Assembly: GCA_965223545.1 (NCBI GenBank)
Contig: OZ245006.1
Location: 1,312,001-1,376,000, forward strand
Reading direction: 5' to 3'
DNA: 64,000 bases
Origin: Planctomycetota bacterium
Lineage (GTDB): Bacteria; Planctomycetota; UBA1135; UBA2386
The notes below the pieces were generated by a model. That model was not told the origin of the DNA, did not search any database, and saw only the letters and a list, made by a program, of their open reading frames with translations. Positions 47,515 through 57,150 of the stretch are shown one piece after another. Every line of letters begins with the position of its first letter. Position 1 is the first letter of the stretch. A program made the position numbers and the translations under genes.

Positions 47515-49842
47515 ATGACGTTAGAACGAATCGCTGTCTCCGCCGCGCTCGTCGGCTCCACTCTCGTCGCACCGCTGGCGGCCGCGCAGCCGCAGCCGTC
47601 CCAGAACACCGATCCGGAGCGTTTCCGCGTCCCGATCCACCGCCAGGCCAACGACCCGGCCGGCGGCGACTACGGCGTCTGGGCCAGCGGCGACACCTAC
47701 AAGGTGTCGTTCCACGACGGCATGACCTTCTACCCATTGCTCGGCCCCGGCGCGCCCGAGAACCTCCCGGTCCGCTGGCAGACCACCGCCATGCTGCGGG
47801 GCGGCCAACGCCTACTCGACACGGGCACTGCCGTGGCACCGGCGACCTGGCACTCGGACCTGCGCTTCGAGTATCGGTTTGACGGGTTGACCGAGGCCTA
47901 CGACATCCGGCCTGACGGCGTCGAGCAGAGCTTCGTCCTCTACGCGCCGCCAGCGGGCGATGGTGATCTCGTCGTCGAGGGCCGCCTCTCCGGCAGGCTG
48001 TCGGCCGACGACCGCAGCCCATCGCACGGCGAGATCGCCCTGCGCGACGCCGCTGGGCGCGCGCTGGTGACTTACGGAGCGGCGACCGCGATCGATGCCG
48101 CCGGCCGGCGGCTGCCGATGCAGGTCGCGACGCAAGGGGACCGGGTCCGCCTGCACGTCCCGGACAGCTGGCTCGACTCGGCCAGCTATCCCGTCGTCCT
48201 CGATCCGCTGCTGTCGAGCACTCAGCTGGCCGTCGCCTTGATCCTCGGCACCGTGGGCGAGACCTCGATCGGGGTCGACGTGGAGAGCACGTACCTCGGC
48301 GGCGACGGCGTGCTGGTGGCCTACACCCGCAGCTTCTCCGCCAACGACCACGACCTCTACGTCCGCATGCTCGAGCACGACTGGAGCAACGGAAGCGTCG
48401 TCTTCAGTGATGTCACCACCAACTGGTCGACGCGGAACCCCGACGTCGCCTTCATCGGTGGGCCCGACCGCTGGGCGGTGGCGATCCAACGGGACTTCGC
48501 GACCCAATCCGGAATCCGAGTCGTGCTGCACGACGCCGGTGACCGCACGCCAAACAGCGGCACGGTGCTGTTCGCCAACTTGCCGTTCGGCGAGACGCAC
48601 ACCAATCCGGCGATCGGCGGCACCGCGAACCTCACCCTGCAAAGCGGCAACCGCGGGCTGCTGGTCTACCAGCGAGATCCCGGGGGCAACCCGGCGATGT
48701 CCAACACATCGCGCATCGAGGGCATCCTGGTCGACGCCAACGCGGTCAGCCTCGGCACTCCGCGTACGCTGCGGCGGCCTCCGATCGGCGTACTCGGTGG
48801 CTACGACCAAGAGCGGCCGGACGTCAGCCATTCCACCGACGCCAACGACTCCTGGATCGTCGTCTTCCAGGAGCTGTCGCCAGGCGTTTTGCTCGACGAT
48901 TGGGACGTGATGGCCTTGCAGGTCGACTCGAACGGCGCCGTGCGCGGATCGGTCACGGTCGGTGAGGACGGTTCGACCACGACGCGCCACTGCCTGGCGC
49001 CGCTCGTCGACGGCCAGTCCGGCCGGCACGCGGTCACCTTCGTGCGCACCGACACCTACACCAGCGCCGTCCCCACCGGCACTGCGATCGAGGTGCAGAG
49101 GCTCGACTGGGCCAACGGCGGCCGTCCCGCCCTGCGTGGCATGCGGCGCCTCGCGAGCCGGCGCGGCGCCACCCTGCGCAACACCGGCCTCGCGTTCGAC
49201 ACGCTCAGCGACGATCACTGGGCCACCCTGTTCGTCGACACCGGAAGCAACGGCGACACCGCCACTCTGATGCGCTTGGGCCACACCGGCGGCATCGTCG
49301 AGCAACATCTGATCAACGCCGGCAGCGCGAACGTGATCGACCCGACCGTCGCCTACAGCAACTACGGTCAGAAGTTCCTGCTGACCTACGGGACCGATGG
49401 CGCCAACAGCCCGGTCCTCGGCGCGACGCTCGCCCACGACCCGACCAACGGCGCCAACCAGTACGGCGCGTCCTGCGGCGGCGACAACGACTTGACCGGA
49501 CCGTGGGCCTGGGCCGGCTCGGAGAGCGTGCGCTGCCGGCTGTTCTACGCAGCACCCAACGCGCCCGCGGTGGTCTTCCTGTCGCTGGCCCCGGCCGCGG
49601 TGCCGCTCGCCGGAATCGGTATGCCCGGCTGCACCCTGCTGGTCGACACCGGCGCGGGCTTCGTCGCGTCGTTGCCCAACGGCACCAACGCCAACGGCGA
49701 TGCTTGGCAGGACATCCCGCTCAGCGACGCTCCGGCCTTCATCGGCGACTTCTACGTGCAGTGGGCCTACATGGACGCCGGCGCGCCTCGCCCGCTCAAG
49801 ATGTCGGCGAGCCAAGGGCTACACGTTCGCGTGCGACCGTGA
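47515..49842 (+). CDS. Large secreted beta-rich protein with Cys-containing C-terminal domain
   Basis: Signal ...LAAA-Q; N-domain ending YPVVLDP; repeated P-D/A-V/I blades; C-terminus YGASC...GMPGCTLLV...YVQW...SQGLHV. Confidence 0.8.
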   Translation: MTLERIAVSAALVGSTLVAPLAAAQPQPSQNTDPERFRVPIHRQANDPAGGDYGVWASGDTYKVSFHDGMTFYPLLGPGAPENLPVRWQTTAMLRGGQRLLDTGTAVAPATWHSDLRFEYRFDGLTEAYDIRPDGVEQSFVLYAPPAGDGDLVVEGRLSGRLSADDRSPSHGEIALRDAAGRALVTYGAATAIDAAGRRLPMQVATQGDRVRLHVPDSWLDSASYPVVLDPLLSSTQLAVALILGTVGETSIGVDVESTYLGGDGVLVAYTRSFSANDHDLYVRMLEHDWSNGSVVFSDVTTNWSTRNPDVAFIGGPDRWAVAIQRDFATQSGIRVVLHDAGDRTPNSGTVLFANLPFGETHTNPAIGGTANLTLQSGNRGLLVYQRDPGGNPAMSNTSRIEGILVDANAVSLGTPRTLRRPPIGVLGGYDQERPDVSHSTDANDSWIVVFQELSPGVLLDDWDVMALQVDSNGAVRGSVTVGEDGSTTTRHCLAPLVDGQSGRHAVTFVRTDTYTSAVPTGTAIEVQRLDWANGGRPALRGMRRLASRRGATLRNTGLAFDTLSDDHWATLFVDTGSNGDTATLMRLGHTGGIVEQHLINAGSANVIDPTVAYSNYGQKFLLTYGTDGANSPVLGATLAHDPTNGANQYGASCGGDNDLTGPWAWAGSESVRCRLFYAAPNAPAVVFLSLAPAAVPLAGIGMPGCTLLVDTGAGFVASLPNGTNANGDAWQDIPLSDAPAFIGDFYVQWAYMDAGAPRPLKMSASQGLHVRVRP

Positions 49843-49863
49843 GCCTCGGCCATCGCCGCGCGC

Positions 49864-50949
49864 TCACCGGCCGCGCCCGCCCCCATGGCGAGCGCGGTCC
49901 AGCAAGACGGCGGCGAGGATGATGCCGCCGGTGACGATCTCCTGCACCCAGTTGTCCAGGCCGAGCTTGGTGCAGCCGTTGTCGACCACGGTCATGATCA
50001 GCGCACCGACCAAGGTGCCGCGGATCGTGCCTTCACCGCCGGTCAAGCTGGCGCCGCCGATCACGACGGCGGCGATCACCTTGAGCTCGTAGCCCGACGC
50101 GGTCGTCGGGTCGCCCATCGAGAGATACGACAGCTGCAGCAACGCGGCGACCCCCGCGCAACCGATGCCGATCGCGTAGGTCAACAGCAGCGTGCGCTCG
50201 ACCGGTACGCCGCAGAGGCGCGCGGTCGATGCGTTGGAGCCGATCGCGTAGACGTGGCGACCGAACACCGTCAGGCCGAGCAACGCCGCCATCAGCGCTG
50301 CCAAGCCGAGCATGATCCACACCCCGGGCGCCAACCAACCGTCCCCGCGCACCATCAAGTCCTGAATCCAAGTCTCGGCAGGCGGGTAGACCGGCTGGTT
50401 GTCGGCAAGCCCCTTGGCCGCGCCGCGCAGAGCTCCCCACGCTCCGAGCGTGACGATGAACGGCGCCAGTGGCAACGGCGGAAGCAGCCGCCGGCCCGAG
50501 ACAGCGACCGTGGCACCGACAGCGAGCGCTGCCACCGCGGCCATCGGCCAGCCCCACGGCGCGGCAGTGCTGAAGAGCACCGTCAGCGCCAGTAGGGCGG
50601 CAACCGCGGAGGCGGTCCGCCCCACGACCAACGCGCCGATCAACAGGCCGCAGACGACCGCGCCGAGCACGCCGCCCAGCGCGGCCCACGCCGCCGGCAC
50701 GCCCAGCTCGAGCAAACGCGCGACAGCAACGGTGCCGAGCGCGATGCTCGAGCCGACGGACAAGTCGATGCCGCCGGTGATGATGATCAGAGTGGCGCCA
50801 ACTGCCGCGCTACCGACCACCGCGGTCTGCAACAACATCAGGCGCTGGTTGTCCCAACGCATGAAGTCGCCGCCGGCGAGCACAGCGAACAAGACCCACA
50901 CCACGACCAACCCCAAGAGGGGACCGGCGAGCCAGCCCCGACGTATCAC
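49864..50949 (-). CDS. Monosaccharide ABC transporter permease (RbsC-like)
   Basis: IITGGIDLSVGS, PFIVTLG, FGRHVYAIGSN, YELKVIAAVVIGGASLTGGEG. Confidence 0.94.
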   Translation of the reverse strand: MIRRGWLAGPLLGLVVVWVLFAVLAGGDFMRWDNQRLMLLQTAVVGSAAVGATLIIITGGIDLSVGSSIALGTVAVARLLELGVPAAWAALGGVLGAVVCGLLIGALVVGRTASAVAALLALTVLFSTAAPWGWPMAAVAALAVGATVAVSGRRLLPPLPLAPFIVTLGAWGALRGAAKGLADNQPVYPPAETWIQDLMVRGDGWLAPGVWIMLGLAALMAALLGLTVFGRHVYAIGSNASTARLCGVPVERTLLLTYAIGIGCAGVAALLQLSYLSMGDPTTASGYELKVIAAVVIGGASLTGGEGTIRGTLVGALIMTVVDNGCTKLGLDNWVQEIVTGGIILAAVLLDRARHGGGRGR

Positions 50950-52457
50950 GCCGCTCCCCCCGCTCCGGTCGCCAACGCCATCAAGCGGTGCGCATCGGTC
51001 TCCGCCACGGGGAACGTCCGAGAGAGACGCCCGCGGCACATGACGGCCACGCGATCACAGATCCCCATGAGCTCCGGCAGATAGCTGCTGACCACCAGCA
51101 CGGCGGCTGGCGCATGCCCACCCCTGCCGGCAGCCAGGCGGTCGATCTCCGCGTACAGGGCTGCCTTGGCCCCGACGTCGACCCCCCGGGTCGGTTCGTC
51201 GAGGAAGAGGACATCGACGCCCGCGTGCAGTAGGCGCGCCAGGGCCACCTTCTGTTGGTTGCCACCGGACAGGGCCCCGACGGGCAAGCACGGATCGGCG
51301 ACGCGAATCCCGAGCCGGTCGATCCACCGCTGCGCGGCCACGCGGCAGCGCCCAGGCCAGACCAGCCCGCACGGCCCCAGCCCATCGAGCCGCGCGAGCA
51401 CGAGGTTGTCGATCACGCTGGCGTCGATCGCCAACCCCTCGCTCGCGCGGTCCTCGCTGACCATGCCGACCCCCTGCGCCCATCGCGTGGACGGCGGCCG
51501 CGCGCCGGCGACGCCCAACACGGACAGCATGCCACGCTCGACGCGGTCGAGGCCGAACACGCAGCGCAACAACTCGGTGCGGCCGGCCCCGACCAGCCCG
51601 GCGATGCCCAGCACCTCGCCGCGCCGCAGCGTCAGCGAAGCCTCTGCCGGCAAGGATGCACCCGCCAGCCCGGCCAACTCCATCACGACCTCGCCCTCGA
51701 CGCGCGCACTCCGCGGATACAGCTCGGTCACCGCGCGCCCGACCATGGCCTCGACGATCGTGGCCTTGGTCCAACTGCCCATCGCTCGACTGTCGACGAT
51801 GGCACCATCGCGCAGCACCGAGCAACGGTCGGCGATGCGCTCGACCTCTTCCAATACGTGCGAGATATAGACCAGCGCCAATCCCTCGCCACGCAGCTGC
51901 TCGACCAACGCCAACAGCCGTTCGACATCGGCCTGTCCGAGACTGCTGGTCGGCTCGTCGAGAACCAGCACGCGACACCCTGCCCCGACCGCACGCGCCA
52001 CTTCGACCAGCTGCTGGCTCGCAGGTGGCAACGCGTGCACCGCCCGTCCCAGCAGTTCCTCGGGCAAGCCGACGCGCGCCAGCGCTGCCGCGGCTCGGGA
52101 GCGGCCCTCGAGCCGGTTGCGCCATCCGAACCGCGCCGGCTCCGCGCCGAGCAGCAGGTTGTCTTGCACGGTCATGTGCGGCGCCAACGACAGCTCCTGG
52201 TAGATCATCGCCACGCCGCGCGCGCGCGCCTGACGCGGGTCGCGCGGGGCAAACCGGATGCCATCGAGAAACACTGCGCCAGAATCCGGCTGCACCGCCC
52301 CACTGAGCACCTTCATCAGCGTGCTCTTTCCCGCCCCGTTCTCGCCAACCAACGCATGCACCTGCCCGGTCTCGACCTCGAGGTCCACTCCGCGCAGCGC
52401 CTCGGTCGCGCCAAAGCGCTTTCTGACGCCCGCCATCCGCAGCCGGCACTCGCTCAC
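50946..52457 (-). CDS. Monosaccharide ABC transporter ATP-binding protein (RbsA-like)
   Basis: GENGAGKSTL, LDEPT twice, LSGGNQQK. Confidence 0.95.
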   Translation of the reverse strand: MSECRLRMAGVRKRFGATEALRGVDLEVETGQVHALVGENGAGKSTLMKVLSGAVQPDSGAVFLDGIRFAPRDPRQARARGVAMIYQELSLAPHMTVQDNLLLGAEPARFGWRNRLEGRSRAAAALARVGLPEELLGRAVHALPPASQQLVEVARAVGAGCRVLVLDEPTSSLGQADVERLLALVEQLRGEGLALVYISHVLEEVERIADRCSVLRDGAIVDSRAMGSWTKATIVEAMVGRAVTELYPRSARVEGEVVMELAGLAGASLPAEASLTLRRGEVLGIAGLVGAGRTELLRCVFGLDRVERGMLSVLGVAGARPPSTRWAQGVGMVSEDRASEGLAIDASVIDNLVLARLDGLGPCGLVWPGRCRVAAQRWIDRLGIRVADPCLPVGALSGGNQQKVALARLLHAGVDVLFLDEPTRGVDVGAKAALYAEIDRLAAGRGGHAPAAVLVVSSYLPELMGICDRVAVMCRGRLSRTFPVAETDAHRLMALATGAGGAA

Positions 52458-53425
52458 GGCAGCAGGCGGCGCACCTCGGGGCGGTCCATGTTGTCCGCGG
52501 TCACCAGCACTGCATCCGTGTGCACGGTCGACTCGACGGCCTCGCCGCGCAGGCTGCGCACGGCGTTCTGCACGGCCACCGAGCCCATGCCATCGGGATC
52601 CTGCACGACCAAGGCGGCGATCTCTCCCGCGCGCAAGGCAGCTACCAACGGCGGGGAGGCATCGAACCCGACCAGCACCACGTCGCCGAGCAGGCCCTCC
52701 TGCCGCAGCGCCAAGAGCATGCCCTGCGTCGAAGACTCGTTGGGGCAAAACACACCATCGGCCGCGCGCAGCGTGTCGATCATGTTGAGCGCGGCGGTCT
52801 TGGCCTCACCCGGAGTGGCGCCGGCATACCGGTTGTCGGAGAGCACCGCCAAGTCGGCATGGCGCTTCACAGCTGCGAGAAAGCCGCCCTCGCGCGCGTC
52901 GGTGCTGGCGGAACCGACCTGGTATCGCAGCATCACGACCCCACCCTCGCCACCGAGGCGGCGCGCCAGCTCGTCCCCCGCCAGCTGCCCACCGGCATGG
53001 TTGTCGGTGGCGACAAAGCTCTGGTAGTCGTCGCCGGCGACACCGTCGAGCGCCGAGTCGAAGATCACTACCGGAATGCCGGCGGCGCGCGCCTGCCGCA
53101 CCGGTCCGACCAGCGCCCGGTGGTCGAGCGGCGCCAGCACGAGGGCGTCCACCTCCTGGATGACGAAGTCCTGCACCAGCCGAATCTGGCCCGCGCGATC
53201 GTTCTCTACCAGAGGCCCCTTCCACAGCACGTCGACCCCGTGCTCCTCGGCGGCACGCCGCGCGCCGGCCTCGACGCTCTTCCAGAAAACGTGCGTCGTG
53301 CCCTTGGGAATCACGGCGATGCGCGCGCGGGCCGTCGCGTCACCGGCCGCATCACCACAGGCGAGCAGCGTGCCGATCGAGATCAGCAGCGCAATCACCA
53401 CGCGGCGTCTGCCGATCGAGCTCAC
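52454..53425 (-). CDS. Sugar ABC transporter substrate-binding lipoprotein
   Basis: LLAC lipobox; VIPKGTTHVFW, FVATDN, VGFD, VVQDP. Confidence 0.94.
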   Translation of the reverse strand: MSSIGRRRVVIALLISIGTLLACGDAAGDATARARIAVIPKGTTHVFWKSVEAGARRAAEEHGVDVLWKGPLVENDRAGQIRLVQDFVIQEVDALVLAPLDHRALVGPVRQARAAGIPVVIFDSALDGVAGDDYQSFVATDNHAGGQLAGDELARRLGGEGGVVMLRYQVGSASTDAREGGFLAAVKRHADLAVLSDNRYAGATPGEAKTAALNMIDTLRAADGVFCPNESSTQGMLLALRQEGLLGDVVLVGFDASPPLVAALRAGEIAALVVQDPDGMGSVAVQNAVRSLRGEAVESTVHTDAVLVTADNMDRPEVRRLLP

Positions 53426-53432
53426 CGCCGGT

Positions 53433-54020
53433 TCAACCGTGGTTCTGGTTGGCGAACTCCCAGTTGACCAGCGACCACCAGGCCTCCATGTACTTCGGGC
53501 GCGCGTTGCGGTAGTCGATGTAGTACGCGTGCTCCCAGACGTCGCAGGTCAACAGCGGCGTCTGGCCGGCCGTGGTGATCGGCGTATCCGCATTGGTGGT
53601 CTGCACGATCTCGAGGCCAGCGCCGGTCTTGACCAGCCACGCCCAGCCGCTGCCGAACAGATTGACCGCGGCGGTGTTGAACGCCTCCTTGAAGGCTTCG
53701 AACGAGCCCCACTTGTTGCCGATGGCATCGCCGACCGCGCCGCTCGGGGCTCCACCGCCATTGGGCGACAGCGAGTTCCAATAGAACGTGTGGTTCCAGA
53801 TCTGCGCCGCGTTGTTGAACACCCCGCCCGACGACGAACGCACCACGTCTTCCAGCGATTGCTCGGCAGCGGGGGTCCCGGCGACCAAGCCGTTGAGCTT
53901 GGTGACGTAGGTCGCGTGGTGCTTGCCGTAGTGAAAGGACAGCGTCTCCGCCGAGATGTGCGGGCTCAGCGCGTCCTGGGCGTAGGGAAGATCGGGCAGT
54001 TGGAAGGGTCCGTCGCTCAT
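53433..54020 (-). CDS. sodB: Fe/Mn superoxide dismutase (Fe-type signature)
   Basis: [31 protein letters not shown]. Confidence 0.95.
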   Translation of the reverse strand: MSDGPFQLPDLPYAQDALSPHISAETLSFHYGKHHATYVTKLNGLVAGTPAAEQSLEDVVRSSSGGVFNNAAQIWNHTFYWNSLSPNGGGAPSGAVGDAIGNKWGSFEAFKEAFNTAAVNLFGSGWAWLVKTGAGLEIVQTTNADTPITTAGQTPLLTCDVWEHAYYIDYRNARPKYMEAWWSLVNWEFANQNHG

Positions 54021-54131
54021 GGATGACTCGGGTTCGTCGTAAAGATCAGTCTCGACCGGCGACCGATCTTAGGCGCCGCCCCGCGCCAACTCCAGAAACG
54101 GCGCGCCGGCGGCCTGCTACCATGCCGGCGC

Positions 54132-55388
54132 ATGGCCCACCCCGCCGCGGCGACGCCGAGGCTGCCGTCGCTGGACGCGTTCCGCGGCATGACGGTCGCC
54201 GGCATGATCCTGGTCAACAACCCCGGCAGCTGGTCACACGTCTACGCACCCCTGCGCCACGCCGAGTGGCACGGCTGCACGCCGACGGACCTGGTCTTTC
54301 CGTTCTTCTTGTTCATCGCCGGTGCCGCGATCCCCTTGGCGCTCGGCGCGGCGCGCGGCCGCGGCGCCACCCGCGGCGTGCTCACCCTCCGCGCCCTGCG
54401 GCGCGCGCTGGTCCTGGTGGTCCTCGGCTGGGTGCTCGCGAGCCCGACGGCAAAGGGCTTCGGCCCCCTGTTCGCCGGACTCTTCGCGGCGTGCGCGCTG
54501 AGCGCGGTCATCACGGCGTGCACGCGGAAGTCGACGCGCCAGCTCCTGCTGGCCGCCGCCTGGGCGAGCCTCGGCCTGTGGCTGGTCGCCAGCGGTCCGC
54601 CGATTCGCATCCCGGGCGTCTTGCAGCGCATCGGGGTTTGCTACGGCCTCGCGGCGTGCGCCTACCTGTGGCTGCCGCGCCGGACGCTGCCGTGGTTGAC
54701 CGCCGCCCTCTTGGCCGGCTACTGGGCACTGCTCGTCTGGGTGCCGGTGCCCGGCCACGGCGCCGGCCTGCTCGACTCGAAGGCACACAACCTCGCGTCC
54801 TACCTCGACCGCTGGTTGCTCGAAGGCCACCTGTGGGTCGCCGGCGAGCGCGACCCCGAGGGCCCGCTCAGCACGCTCGGCGCGCTGGCGACCACCTTGC
54901 TGGGGATCAGCGTCGGCGCGCTGCTGCAACGCACACCGCCCGGCGCAGCCCTGCGTCCGTTGCTCGTGCGCGGCGTCGTGCTCGCCGCAGCCGGGGCCGC
55001 GGCAAGCCCCTGGCTACCGATCAACAAGCCGCTGTGGACCAGCTCCTACGCGTTGTGGACCGCCGGCCTCGCCACCGCTGCGCTGGCGGGGTTCCACCGT
55101 TGGCTCGACCGCGGCGAAGGCCATCGCGCCGGCCGAGGCGCCGGGCCGCTGCTGACGTTCGGTCTCAACCCGATCACCGTCTTCGTCGGCAGCGGGCTCG
55201 CGGCCCGCTCCGTGGCGCAGATCGAGGTGGGCGAGGGCGGGTCGGTGCGCCAAATATGGATGGACAGCGTCACCGGATGGGGCGTCTCACCACCCGGTGC
55301 CTCGCTCGCCTACGCGGCGACTTGGGTCGCCGCGTGGTACGTCGTGCTGCGCGCGCTGCAGGCGCGCGGAGTCGTCATCAAGGTTTGA
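54132..55388 (+). CDS. HGSNAT/NagX-like membrane acyltransferase
   Basis: SLDAFRG, MILVNNPGSW, HAEWHG, DLVFPFF, GVLQRIG, DPEG, PINKPLWTSS. Confidence 0.92.
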   Translation: MAHPAAATPRLPSLDAFRGMTVAGMILVNNPGSWSHVYAPLRHAEWHGCTPTDLVFPFFLFIAGAAIPLALGAARGRGATRGVLTLRALRRALVLVVLGWVLASPTAKGFGPLFAGLFAACALSAVITACTRKSTRQLLLAAAWASLGLWLVASGPPIRIPGVLQRIGVCYGLAACAYLWLPRRTLPWLTAALLAGYWALLVWVPVPGHGAGLLDSKAHNLASYLDRWLLEGHLWVAGERDPEGPLSTLGALATTLLGISVGALLQRTPPGAALRPLLVRGVVLAAAGAAASPWLPINKPLWTSSYALWTAGLATAALAGFHRWLDRGEGHRAGRGAGPLLTFGLNPITVFVGSGLAARSVAQIEVGEGGSVRQIWMDSVTGWGVSPPGASLAYAATWVAAWYVVLRALQARGVVIKV

Positions 55389-55424
55389 GGGGTCGACCGC
55401 GCGAAGATTTGCGGACCCCGAGGC

Positions 55425-57026
55425 TCAGGTGATCTTCTCGACCCACTCGACGAACACCTCCTGGAGCTCCTCGTAGTCGACGCCCTCGAAGCCCTTCTCG
55501 ACGGCGGCCTCGAGGATTCGCTCGACCTTCTCCCGGTCCTCCCAGGAGTAGACCGTGACGCCGGGGATGCCCTCGACGCCCTCGCCTTGGTCGTCTTGCT
55601 CGTCGTCCTTGAGCCGCTTGAACGCGGCGACGTTCTCCTGCAAGTGCGCGAAGTAGCGGTCGGGGATGCCCTTCCACTCCGGCTTCCGCGCGACCTCGCG
55701 CAGGAAGTAGATCAGCGCCCACCCCTGGGCGTACTTGAGGCCGGCGTTGTTGTAGTACTCCCGCTGCGGCAGCCGCACCAAGCTGCGGATCGGAATCAAG
55801 CCGCGGTCGTAGGTCAGGTGGAGGCGCAAGAACTTGACGCGCCAGTCGAACGGCAGCGCCTTGACGCGGCGGCCGCGGATGACGTGACCCGCGAAGTAGT
55901 CGCCGTGCCCCTCGTTGAACCACGAGTGCGGCGCCAGATCCCCCACCGAGTAGTAGATGTACTGGTGGAACGCCTCGTGATACATCACCGCTTTGGTGAA
56001 CTCCTGACTGCTCTTCGAAGCCATCCCCTCGAAGTTGTCGAAGAGCACGAGCTCCTCGTGCTGTGAGCTCCAGTAGCCCGCCGAGCCCGACGGCCCCCCG
56101 TACGAATGGTACTCGTTGGGGTCGCTGAACACGCGCACCGTGCCGATGGCGGTGATCTCGTCCCTCGGCGGGAACCACTTCTCGTAGACCTCCTTGCGCA
56201 GGACCTCGACCTCCTTGGCCATGGTCTGGATGAACCGCCGCTTCTTGCTGTTGGTCAAGAAGACGTAGTTCTCGGTCTCGTGCGCCCACCATCCCGGGCT
56301 GCCGGCAATGGTCTCGGCGATCTGCGCCCGGCGCGCCTCTTTGGTCAGCTGCTCGTTCTCTTCCTTCTTGTCGAAGCTGAACGCCTCGACCGGCACTTCG
56401 CCCTCGAACACCTGGAACGTGCGGAGGCTCTGCTGGAAGACGGCCTGCCACTCCTTCTTGTAGTACTCCTCGAGCGCGATGTAGATGATGCCCCAGTCCG
56501 CGCCGTGGCTGGCAAACCGCCCCACGCAGATGAAATGGCGGCCGTGGGTGAACTCGAGCAGCTTGCCCTCGAGCTTGCCCTTGCCGCGCCCGGCGACGAT
56601 GTCGACCGGCACGTAGCGGCCCTCGGCCTCGAACGCGATGTCGAGGAACTCATCGAGGTTGTCGGCGTCCTTCGGCATGAACTTGCGCCGGCGCCGCTCC
56701 TCCTCGCGCTTCTTCTTGTACTCGGCCGCCTTCTCGCCGGTGACCGTCTGCGCCTGCGGGTAGCGGATGATCATCACTTCGGCACCGTAGGCGCCGATGT
56801 CGCCCTTGCGCCGTGCCTCGGCGATGTCGGGCTGCCACGTGCCGACCATCATCGGCATGTCCGGCGGGATCATGCCCGACTTCCAGTCCTTGGGTAGATG
56901 CAGGCTGTAGCCGTAGCGCTTGATGGTCTCGCGGCGCTTGCTCAGCTCGCGCTCGATCGGAGGCGCGGGACTGAAGGCGACCAAGAACGCTGCGCCGAGA
57001 ACGGGAATCGCAAGGCGGTTACGCAT
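55425..57026 (-). CDS. Exported DUF1570-like zincin (HExxH) protein
   Basis: Signal peptide; SAGYW, YHEAFHQY, WFNEGHGDYF, YAQGWALIYFL. Confidence 0.8.
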   Translation of the reverse strand: MRNRLAIPVLGAAFLVAFSPAPPIERELSKRRETIKRYGYSLHLPKDWKSGMIPPDMPMMVGTWQPDIAEARRKGDIGAYGAEVMIIRYPQAQTVTGEKAAEYKKKREEERRRRKFMPKDADNLDEFLDIAFEAEGRYVPVDIVAGRGKGKLEGKLLEFTHGRHFICVGRFASHGADWGIIYIALEEYYKKEWQAVFQQSLRTFQVFEGEVPVEAFSFDKKEENEQLTKEARRAQIAETIAGSPGWWAHETENYVFLTNSKKRRFIQTMAKEVEVLRKEVYEKWFPPRDEITAIGTVRVFSDPNEYHSYGGPSGSAGYWSSQHEELVLFDNFEGMASKSSQEFTKAVMYHEAFHQYIYYSVGDLAPHSWFNEGHGDYFAGHVIRGRRVKALPFDWRVKFLRLHLTYDRGLIPIRSLVRLPQREYYNNAGLKYAQGWALIYFLREVARKPEWKGIPDRYFAHLQENVAAFKRLKDDEQDDQGEGVEGIPGVTVYSWEDREKVERILEAAVEKGFEGVDYEELQEVFVEWVEKIT

Positions 57027-57150
57027 TCGTATTATCCGTAAGCAGAAGGAAGAGAGAGTCCGTGGGGCAGGCTCCACCCAACCGGTCTCCCCGACGCACG
57101 GGCGAGGCTCACCTCGTCGCCCGCACCTCGGTCGGATAACGTCTCCACAC

